Assembly (NCBI GenBank): GCA_964247055.1
Contig: OZ176052.1
Coordinates: 7,564,001 to 7,628,000, forward strand
Direction: 5' to 3'
Length of the DNA stretch: 64,000 nucleotides
Origin: Paragordius varius
Lineage: Eukaryota > Animalia > Nematomorpha
Shown here: positions 14,101 to 26,300 of the stretch, piece by piece
Layout of the letters: each line of letters opens with the position of its first letter
How positions within the stretch are numbered: position 1 is the stretch's first letter
Notes under the pieces: model-generated
What the model was told of the DNA's origin: nothing
The model's input: only the letters and a program-made list of their open reading frames with translations
The model's database searches: none
Program-made: the position numbers and the translations under genes

Positions 14101-17100
14101 GGGCAATAGAGCTTAAAAGGACTTCATGTTTAAAGGTTTCCATTTACAATCTTATTCCAAAGGTCCTTATCTAGACATTTGGTAATGTCGAGGTTTAGTA
14201 TTTTTATGTCATTTTTAATGTTGTCGTTCCAGGAATGTGTTGGACGCCCTTTGCGGTTGTTTCCAAAGGGTTGTATGTGATTAATGGTTTGGAGTGGATG
14301 GTCGGTTTTTCTTCTTTCAATGTGACCCAAGTATTTAAGCCTGCTTCTTGTATTAACTTTTCTACTGTGTCATTTCTATGTTTAAGATGAATATTGTAGT
14401 CAGAACAACAAGCTTTAATTATTTTATTTTCCGTATTTATCATTGATTTGTTTTATTTAGGGGCCATGTTTCGGTGGCGTAGGTAAGAGCTGGCCTGACT
14501 CCTGCTTTGTATATTAGCCATTTATTATTGTTAGATACATTTTTATTTTTAAGAACAAATTTTAGAGAGTTAATTTTACCCCATGCATGTTGAAATCGTT
14601 TCCTTATTGCTCCAGTTATATGGCCTTTAGAGTCTATGACGTCTCCTAGGTATGTAAACTTGTCTATTTTTCTATTGAGTTTTCGTCGATTGTCATATAT
14701 GTCGAGCGTGTTTGAGTTGGATTATTGTTTTTACAGTTGTTACATTTAAAGATTATTTGTTCGTTTAGTTTGCCGGTGATTTTGGAGCATTTTTTGTGAA
14801 CCCAGAATTTGCATTTGTTGCATTTTATTGAATTTGTTTTGACTTCTTTGTCGCAGATAGCGCATGTATATTTGGGGCGCTGCGTACGATCTCCTGATAT
14901 CATTATTTTTGTTTTATTAATATTTATTTTCAGCCCATGGTTCTCTTAACAGATTTTCCATGTTCTGAATTTGTTTGAGATGTTTTCCATTGAAGTATCT
15001 GTTAAAACGATATCATCCGCGAAGATTAACTCCCAGGGCGGTTGAGTAGATATGTTTTTTGTGATAAAGTCTAATATTATAATGAATAGAAATGGACTAA
15101 GTACAGACCCTTGGTGTAGGCCAGTGTTTGTCTTGAAAAGTTCCGTGTATCCTATTTGCGTGCGTACCATTGTAGTTGTATTTTTATAAAGAAGTAATAT
15201 TATTTCTATTAAATATTCTTCGATGTAATTTTGTCTTAGGGCCCATTTGATTGTTGCCCTAGGGATATTATCAAAAGCTTTCTCCAGGTCTAGAAATGTG
15301 TGAAAATTTAATTTTTTAAAGGTATTTTTCCTGTAGTTGCCTGATAATGAAGATGGCATCTGTAGTGCTGTGTTATTTACGAAATGCAAACTGATTATTT
15401 GTTATTGTAATGGTTTGTTTAAGGCGGTTGTCAATGATGCTTTCAAATATTTTGAAAGTGTGTTCCAAAAGTTTTATGGGGCGGTATGAGGAGCAGACGA
15501 GACGATATTTCTTATTTATAGGGATCGTTATACTTTTATTCCAGTCATGGGGAATTTCACGTTTGGTAATAATTTCATTTAAAAAAGTTGTAAGGAAGGA
15601 TGTTAAGCATGGTATTGGTTTAAGCAGATCAATTGATAATTCGCTTGCACCTGACGACTTGTTTGGCTTCATTTTTTGTATTGCTTTTCTTCGTTTTTCT
15701 GTGATTTGGTTTTAGTGTTATAGGGATTTTTAAATTGTTGGTTTGGTTCATTGATTCTTCCAAGCTTTCTTTCCATATCTTAATTACACTTTCTGGGTTA
15801 GAGATTATCTCATTCATATTGTTTTTTATACATTTGGTTTTGATATCTTGTTTGTTTGAGTTTATATTCTTTATGTATTTAAAGATTTTTTTATTTTTAA
15901 CCTGGTCCTCTAGTTTAGTGGCCAGTTTTAGGCAATTTTCATTTATAGTTTTTCTAATTTCTTTCTGCGCTTTGTGTTTTGCGATCAGATATGTTTGTCT
16001 GTTTTTATCATTGCTATCCCTTTTCCATGCTTTGAAGGCGTCGTTTTTTTCTTTAGTAACCTCTTTTAATTCCTTTTTCCACCACCAATTTTTCTTTTTT
16101 TTATTTTATGATTTGCATCTCCCACAAATATTATCTGCTGTTTTAACTATTGTTTTTAGGTTATCCCATCTTGAACCAATGGATTCACTGTTTTGCTGGA
16201 GCTTTTCGGATGCCTGGTTGATGTATTTGTTCCTGATTGTTTGATTTTGTAATTTATTGTGGTTAATTTTGACTGGTCTTTGGTATAAGGGTTTATTTTT
16301 TAGTTTTTTCAAGACTGCAATCACTATTTTGCGTTGTGTGAAGCTTGTTTGGTGAGTTTTAATGTTAATTGATTGTGACCGTTTTTTTTAGACAAAAGGA
16401 TATAATCTATCATGGTAGATGAGTTTGCTGTTTGAAAAGTGGTAAGTTGATTGTGGTTTTTGTGAAGTGGGTGTTGGCTATGATTAGTTGGTTTGCTTGG
16501 CAATATTCTAACATCTGTTCACCCATCTTGTCAGTACTGCCATAGCCGTTTCCGCCATGGACTTCCCTGAAATCGTGTTCATTATTACTATTGTGACTGT
16601 TAAAATCACCTCCTAAGAAGATGGATTCCCTGCCTGGTATTGTATTTGTTAGACCTTGGAGTTCCGTCCAAAATTGTTGTTTAATTTCGTCTTCTGGTTG
16701 GGGCGCGTATATCAATATTATATTTAGGATGTAGTTATCGTGCACAACTTTAAGCTGTATAATTCTTTCATTGTGTCTCGTTACTTAGATAACGTTTTCG
16801 CGAAGACAATTTTTAATCGCTATTGCTACACCAGCATGACCATTTTCTTGTCCTTGATAGTAAAGTGTGTAATTGTTCGTGGTAATTAAATTATCTCCTT
16901 CAATCTGGTTTCTTGTAGGCAGCAGATGTCAACATTTTTAGATTCGAGAAAGTCAATTATCATGTGTATTTCCATTTAATGTACCGAAGTTCCAGGTAGC
17001 AAATTTAAATGTGTTGAGATTATTCATAATTCAGGTGTCGTGTTTTTATAATTGTTATATCAGTTTATTATTATAATTATTCGGTATTGGAATCGTTATG

Positions 17101-17796
17101 ATAAAGTAAGAAGTATTAAATTAATTGTTAGGAGGGTTTTGTAATGATTAGTATATAATATTAGTAGTAAGAAAAATAAATAAGATTAAATATATTATTG
17201 TTATGATAGTAGGTAGAAGTTATTAAAAATGTAATATCAATTATTAATATCGTTTCGTTAGAGAGTTAGCAGTTTTTTGAATAAGACGTGTTCATGGTGT
17301 ATAGGTTGAGGCGAGGTTTTTATTTTTCACATGCCCTTGTGAAAAAACTCCTTACGGAGTAGATGTTTTTGCATAACATCCAAAACTGGCCTCTGCTGTT
17401 CGTTCACCAAAGGTGATCCGACCAACACCGCGGGGAGGTAGCAGTAGGACTTTGTTGGTCCTTAAAAGTTTTATGAGAATTTTATTTTTATTTATAATGT
17501 TATGATTTTAATGCTAAATTATTTTTTATATGATATTAAGATATCCCTTTTACTATTATTGGTTGTTATAGAAAAAATTATTATAACAATTGAATATATT
17601 TTTTTTTAATTAATAGATTTATTTTTCCAACAATGTTTTTTTATACCAATATTGTAAGGAATAACCCATTTTATTATTAATATGTATGGATTAATTCAAA
17701 GTTTTTTGGTTATTTAGTATTACGGCTTCTTTTAGAAAGTTATAAATATTAAAAAAAATATAAAAAAATTTTCGGTTTTTATATAAAAAGCTTATT

Positions 17797-17831
<35 letters not shown>

Positions 17832-20307
17832 TACATTATATAAATGCAGGATGAGACTTGTCCTTATAATTTGTTGGATATGTTTTGATTATATAATATT
17901 TTTATTTTAATATCACTTCATATAGGGTTGTGTTTTAGTGTTCTTCCTGATATACCACCACCCCCAAGGTAATGAAAATAACTTTACGTTTAGTTTGATC
18001 AACATTTACAAAGAATTACAGGATGATATCGAAGGATTTATCATACCAAAACATGGCTACTTACATGGATGGGCTAAGCAAGGTAAGTATACTAATGAGA
18101 AATTGCATTTTAATATGAAGTAAATATTTATCAAGAGTTTTACAAATAAAGCAGTAAAAGTATATTGTGTAAAACTCTACTAACTATATAATTGAAATAT
18201 ATAAAAAAAAATTAAATACTACAACATTTTTATTTCTAAAAGCTTTAGTGGCAAAACCAACACAAAAGCTCATAAATGGTTAAGATTTTTTCTTTTAATT
18301 TTGTGATCTTTCCCTTTTATTATTTCAAATTCGTTTTTTCATTATTTGAGAAAAAAAAGGGGTATACTATATTTTTTTGCAGCTTATGTTAACATTTTCA
18401 TCACACTTTATTGTAAACATTTAAATTTGTAAAAAAGAATGACTTTACTGGAACTAATCCGGTTTTGAATCCCTTATATTTTTATTGAATAAATTAGCAA
18501 TTACTATTATATTACATAAAAAATTACAAAAGAACAAAATATATTATTTTTGTTCAATAATTGCTATATTATAGGTGTTCTTTTATTAAACTCTGTTTTA
18601 ACTGTCCGTCAAAACGAAGCAAATTCACACAAAGATAAAGGTTGGGAAACTTTCACTGACTACGTAATTTCTTATTTGAATAAGAACCAAACTAACCTTG
18701 TGTTTATGTTATGGGGGGCTTATGCTCAAAAGAAAGGCCAAGCCATTGACAAGGTAAAATATTTTTGTAGCAAAATTATTAAATAAATAGCCATACTTTA
18801 CTTAGGGAGAAATAAAAAATTAATCTGGTTATAAACTATTGCATTGTTCAAAATTAATTGAAAATCTACAATTACAGTGTGATACAACTTTTTCTGGATC
18901 TTAAATTTTTACAATTTTCTGATTCCTTATGGTATTAGGATCAGATCTGTGAAAAAATTTAGCTATCGAGGTCGTTTTCGAATGGGACTTTTTCCAAATT
19001 TGGCTATTTTCAATATTTTCTTATTTGTAAATATTTTTATTTAGTTAAACAAATAATACTTGGCTTCTAAAGATTTTTTTTATAAAAACTCAACACACTA
19101 TCTCTAAAAACATCCAATACTTTTTGTTTCATCGGTGAACAACCCCAAAAAATTGGGTAAGTTACATTTTTTGCGACAAATATTTATCATTATGTTATAT
19201 AACAAATTTTTTTTATTTTTTTGGATGTTTGTAATATTAGTTTAAATATAAATATCATCGTGTTGTAGCTTTTTAGACTTTTATTATTGGAAATAGATAT
19301 CTTTTTTACACGTTTTTTGATAAAAAACGCTAAAATTTACTCAACTGGAATTACTAGACTCTTTATTTCATCTGATATTTTTGAATATTTCCCATATATA
19401 TGTTCCACCATACTAAATATTTTGCCTATAGAAATATCATCCTAAGTAAATTTTCCTCATAAATTTCGGATGTTCGACGGGTAAAAATATTGTACACCAA
19501 AAAATCTAAGAGAATAAACTATTAGGACGGTAAGGATGTCGTTTGTGGACTGTTGTGATAGAAAGCATTCATATTCGAACTCGGTGAAGATACAAAAGAA
19601 CGCTTAATATATTTTTTCTTTGTTTCATAGATTATTATAAAATCAACAATATATCGATTTGCAGCTAAAATTTATATTTAATGCCACGGACCATCAAGAA
19701 AAATTATATATGCTATCGTAATATTCTAAACATCAAATGGATTGATAAAGTCTCTAATCAACTGAGAAAAGAAAACCAGCTATTACACTCGACAACATAA
19801 CATATAAAAATCAACTAGGTGTCCTAGGCCATATTTTAAGCAGGGGACCTTTCGGTTTATCGATATTAGTGGGAATGGTTGGCAGTAGATGAACTCGTGG
19901 TTGATCTCCAATATTTTACCATGACCAAGTACCTATTTGCAACAATTTGGATCTAAAATCACTGTGGGTGTCAGCTAATAGATTAGCTTGGGAAAATCTC
20001 TAGGTACTATGGTCGCATACGACTGCGCAGAATAAATAAATATGGAGAATATGCCACACATATAATACCATCAATTTATTTCGGTTCTTTAATTATTTTA
20101 ACTTAGCCTTTTGAAGTTTTTTATATATCAAAAATAAGAATCAATTTATGGAATTATACTATTAATTAACAAATCCATATTAAAGTTGGATTAGAGTGAA
20201 TATTAATTAAAGTGTAGATTTTGGTCAGGAGATCTAAGGCACGGATTTTGGAATATAAGTAAATTAGGTGTAATACATAAAGAACAAATAAAATAAATAA
20301 TTTAATA

Positions 20308-20377
<70 letters not shown>

Positions 20378-23300
20378 CACTGTGTGCAAAAAAGAGGGTT
20401 AGATGAGATAGCTTATGACCAGCTTCTTCATTTGCCGAAAATTTTTTTATATGTTGACAACCTAGTTTTTGAAATATTGAGAGAAAATCGAAATCGGGCA
20501 AAAAGTGAAAATTAAGAATAACACTAAACAACAAATTTTAATTTTTTTTAACTGCCATTCTTGTAAATTTAAAATTTATTTCATTAAAGTATTGTTTATC
20601 TGAAAAGAAAATTGGTCTAGCATGCAAGAATTTTTTTATATTAGAGAAAGTTATTTGGATTTAAATGGTCGAAATTATCAATCCTTAAATAACTCAAGAT
20701 TCACAGCAAATTAATTTTGAAAATCATATAAATTATTTTAATATAATTATTAGGGTTATATTAGTATTTAATTTAAAAAATGTTTGAAAAAGCTTTTGGT
20801 TTGCTTTTTTAATAAAAATTATTATTATCATAAATATTTTACCTAGTGGATACTAAAATGCATAATTATAATTGTAAATTTATTACATAATAGCTATAAA
20901 AGATAAAATGCCTTAAACTTTGCTTTTATCTTTAAAATTTCGAAATTATCAGCCTCGTAAAGAAAATAAATTAATATTGATGAAATGGTAATTTTTTAAA
21001 AACAAAAAACTTAAAAATGGCTGTTTTGAGTGGCATAAAAGCAATAAAAAATGTTTTAATCAAAAAAACTTTTTTTATCTTTTTTGGACATTCATTACCA
21101 TCTAAACAAAGTTTAAGCTATTTTCATCCATTAGTTTTAAAAATATAATAATTAAAAAAAATGCTCTCGCTTCCCGCGTTTGTCGCTCTTTGTGTCCAAT
21201 ATTAACTGTCGATGTAATACATATTAGTATGCATTTTATAGAGTTTTTATTACTCTTTCGAATGATATTACAAAGCATTACTTGTATATTTTCGAAGAAA
21301 AACATTTTTTAGTAAAATTTTGATAAAGAGGGCGCATAATCAAAAAAATCAAATTATACAAAATTCTTCCATCGAGTTATAATTTTTATTTCAGATTTAC
21401 TGTTAAAATGATACTAAATATCAGGAAATGCAAAAAACTCGAGTGGCAGAAAAATTTGTTGTCCAGTGTAATTAAATTTGAGATATTATGGTTTATTATC
21501 ATTTTAGGATATATTTTCAATATATAAATAGCCTAAAATCATATAGTTAGGGTTTCTATAAAATTTCAGCTCAAAAGATGGCGTTTTTCTGTTAACACAC
21601 TTAAAACACAATTTTTTTTAATGAAACTATATTAAAATAATTTTCTTAAATATTTACTACCTAAGTGTTGGTTTATATTCCACTACTTTTAAATCCTATT
21701 TTGTATAAATTATATAATCAATAACTCCTACTTATGTAGGATTCCAAAATAAAACAGTATAAATTTTTTATATACTCATAAACCAGATGACAAAAAATGC
21801 AAAAATAAAAAACAATATTTTTGGTTTTATTAGTTTTTTTACTGAAAAATATGTTAAGATTTTAATAAGGAGTTTAGGTAAACTAATTTAAAAAAATAAT
21901 TTTAATATAGTTTCATTAAAAATTTTTGTCTTTTAAGTGTGTTTAAAGAAAAACGCCATCTTTTGAGTTGAAATTATATAGAAACCCTAACTATATGATT
22001 TTAGGCTATTTATATATTGAAAATATACCCTAAATAAACCATAATATCTCAAATTTTATCATTATTTTTGAATTACAGTAAAATATGTAATTATCCGGAC
22101 GAATTTTTTAACTAACGGACATAATTTTTTTATAAGAGACAGAGTGTTAAAATCAAAAGATCATAATTTTTAATTGGCGGACAAATTTTTTTTTATACGG
22201 ACAAATTTTTTTTCAACGGACAAATTTTTTTTTATACGGACAAATTTTCGATTATACGGACAAATTTTTTTTTATACGGACATAAATCCGAAATATAATA
22301 GGGTAAGAGGAGCACTTATCTATAACCCTGGACAACATTTCTGCTACTCGAGTTTTTGCATTTTTTGATATTTAGTATCATTCTAACATAAGTCTAAAAT
22401 AAAAATTATAACTCCTTCTAAGAATTTTGTATAATTTGATAGTTTTGATTATGCGCCCTCTTTATCAAAATTTTACTAAAAAATGTTTTTATTTGAAAAT
22501 ATACAAGTAATGCCCATTTGTAATATAAAAAAGTAATAAAAACTTAAAATGTATACTAATATGTATTACATCGACAGTTATTATTGGACACAGATAGCTA
22601 CAAACGCGCGAAGCGAGAGCATTTTTTTAAATATTATATTTTTAAAACTAATGGATGAAAATAGCTCAAACTTTGTTTAGTTGGTGATGAATGTCCATAA
22701 AAGATAAGACAAGAAGGTTTTTTTGATTAAAACATTTTTTATTGCTTTTATGTCACTCAAAATAGCTATTTTAAAGTTTTTTGTATTTTAAAAATTACCA
22801 TCTCATCAATATTAATTTATTTTCTTTACGAGGCTGATTATTTCGAAATTTTAAAGATAAAAACAAAGTTTAAGGTATTTTTGATCTTTTATAGCCATTT
22901 ACAGTTATAACTATGCATTTAATATCCACTAGGTAAAATATTATGATAATAGTAATTTTTATTAAAAAGACAAACCAAAAGCTTTTTCAAACATTTTTTT
23001 TAAATTAAATTCTTATATAACGCTAATAATTATATTAAAATAATTTATATGATTTTCAAATTAGTTTGTCTGTGAAAATTTTTGATTTATATAACGATTG
23101 AAAATTTCGACCATCTAAATCCAAATAACTTTTATATCCGATTGATATAAATGACTTACCACCAATAAGATGCAGTTTTTTGCGCTCTTTCGAGTTTAAT
23201 GTTAAATCGGGGCCAAAAATTATCGATAAACCTAATATTAAAAAAATCTTGAATGCTAAACCAAATCTCTTTTCAGATATACTAATTATGTACTTTAATG

Positions 23301-26300
23301 AAATAAATTTTAAATTTACAAGAATGGCAGTTAAATAAAGTTAAATTTGTTATCTAGTGTAATATTGATAAATAATAACTTTTTGAATTCTAGTCGACTA
23401 AATGTTTACTTTGTATTTTATAAGAAGCTTTAAAAATATAACATTGCATTTCATAATGACCGACTTAAGAATAAACCATTTATGATTTAATTTTAACTAA
23501 TATATTAAATGAATAGGATTTATAAAATCTCACATTTAACTAAAGGCAAAATATTATTTCATTTGCATTATTAACACCAATCATACCGTCATCTATTTGT
23601 AAAATTAAAAAAAAAACCTTATCATAACTATATTCATTTCAAAGATATTTTACTACTGAAAAACAATAATAATCCAATTTTTCATTTTATTAATCTTATT
23701 TTAACAATGTTTCCAATCTTATAATAAGGTTTAATCGAAAACAATAGTCTAATGGGCTTCTACACTGACTGTATTTTTATGTAACATATCAACTCTCTTT
23801 ATTATATTGTTAAATGGGACAACTTTCAATTAACGACATGATGGGACTCTTCTTAATATTAAACATCTACCGTAAAAGCTCAATAAGCAGACGATTAAAT
23901 ATTAATCGTCTGCCTTTGGTATCAAATATAACTGCAATATAATGTAATAGAGACAATAATTTATTAAAATAATATTTATATGAAAATAACATCAATATAA
24001 ATAAATAGTAAAAAAATAAATAATGGTGAAAAAAATAAAAACACTAATAAATGCCTTAAAAAATTTTTATGTCCGAAAACAGTTACTGATTAACCCTATG
24101 GATCGCAATAAATTAGAACGGGAACAAGTTTTACAGTTTTTTTACAGTAATGAAGAGATTTCCAACTATTAAATATATGCCTGCGGTTGAAATATAAAAT
24201 ATTTGATGATGATTTATAAAATAATATTTTAATCATCCCATACATCATAAATAATGTCTATACACCGTATTATCTAAATAAGAAAATGATATTAGCTATA
24301 AAAAAATAGATCCAACTTAAATGATTCACAACAAAAATCATATGAATTTTCAGGTAATAAATTTAATTTTTTTAAACAAACATTATTTAATATTTTATCT
24401 ACATGTTCATAATATTTACTTAAATCCTTATTATAAAATATTTTAGAAACTTCTTTTATATTTTTATCCATATTTAAATCTTTCTTATTTAGGGCTCGTA
24501 ATTTGTGTTTAAATTCATGGAAAATACACTCAATAGGATTTAATTGAGGTGAATATGGTGGCAAAAAAATTAAATTTTCGAATTCTTTATTTCGAGAATA
24601 ACGATGAGGGGCATTATCCAAAATTATATAGGATGTTGAAGGTATTATTTTAAAACATTCCTGTAAAAAATGGTATATATCATCCCCATTGTATGGGTCA
24701 GATTTATATTCATATTTTATCATTCCATTTATTCCAATCATAGCCAAATAGTTTATATTTTTACCTCTTGGCTTACGTTTAATCGTAGGAAATTCTCCCT
24801 TTTTACACCAACAATATAAATAAAGACTGTAATCATTGATTCCAGTCTCATCCATATAATATATGTCGCTGTGCAAAAACTGTAAAACTTCCCACGCATA
24901 AGTATACCTATGCTCTATTATTTCTATTTTATTGCGATTTATAGGCTCAATCTGAGCCTGTTTTCTTACAAAAGAATTTTTTTAAGCATTTATATAATGT
25001 AGTTTTTGATATTTTTAATGAATAAGGAATAGAATCTAAAATTTTATCAATTGTGATATTATTATTTTCATTTAAAATATTTTCTATGGCTTCCTTTAAT
25101 TTACAATCATCATATTTTGGCTTGCGGCCACTTTTTTTAGGTGGGATGTGAAGGCCGACGTTCAATCGCCTGCGATATTTATAAATTGTTGATCTGGACA
25201 TTTTTAAAATGTTCATATTGTCCGTCATAATATTATTCGAAGTGGACGGATTACTGAAAAGGCTCTTAGCAATTTCATTCTTTTCATTTGTCCAACTTCC
25301 TCTGCCTTAACCAAATATTCACAAAGAATTTATTATTTTAGATAGTTGAATAAACAATTCTTATATTTAACAGGTAATTAATTATATTATTTTATTAAAT
25401 TTTTTAAAAGTTATTGATTTAATCGGTATAATGCAACTAGAATAACTTTTTTAAAATAAAGAGGAAGACATATCAATTAACTTATGTAAATATATTAAAA
25501 TTTGCAAGATTTTCATATATATATGTGAAATATAATATCTAGACTATTCCCACTTGAAATAATTATTTTAAATAACGTCGATCTTAAACCTTGAAAAAAT
25601 ATATGCAAAAATATTTAAAGGAAATTATGTCGCATAAAACACAAAAAGTTACTAGAGCTAGCACAATGGTATTATTGAATATAATATAATTTGAAATGTA
25701 TATACGTTTTCTTTGACGAATCGTATCATCTTCGTTGTTTTCTGAACATATAGATGAAGATGGCGATGACGGTGAGAATGATGGTGAGCGTATAATTGAA
25801 CGATTTTCTGTACAATCATCATAGAAATCTAAAGGTGAAATTAAATTTTACCATAGGTGTGATCCATTAATAATTACTATAGGCCGAATAAAGAGTATTA
25901 AATATAAATATTGTTAACGTATATTAAAAGTGATTAAATTAAGATGAAAAGACTATGGGTACACGTAAAAAAATAATAATTAGTTAATAAATTATTATAA
26001 ATTAAAATTGATTAAATTTAAGATAAAAAGATTATGGGTACAAAAAAGAACAAAATAATTAATTAATAAAATTAAAAAATTTCGAAATTTGATATGTGTA
26101 CTAGGTTTTTTGACAGGGGGGTTCATTTAAATGAACTCATATTCGGTACCTAATTCCATTTTTATATTTGACTTATGATAATACACTAGTTTATAATATA
26201 AAATAAATTTGGCCGTATTTAAATATTTTATGGTTGTAAGATAAAAAAATATGTAAATTTAACTATTTGATGTTTTAATCAATACGCTACTATCACCAAA

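Noticed and set aside
15410-16244. Hydrophobic plus-strand ORFs (101 and 169 aa)
   Set aside because: Antisense shadows of the Lys/Asn-rich RTE reading frame.
20166-20534. 122-aa ORF from the ORF track
   Set aside because: Reads through a (TA)n tract (YIYIYI) and repeat fragments.
22178-22282. CRISPR-like array of ~20-bp repeats
   Set aside because: No unique spacers and no cas genes; the context is eukaryotic and the array is subterminal in a transposon.
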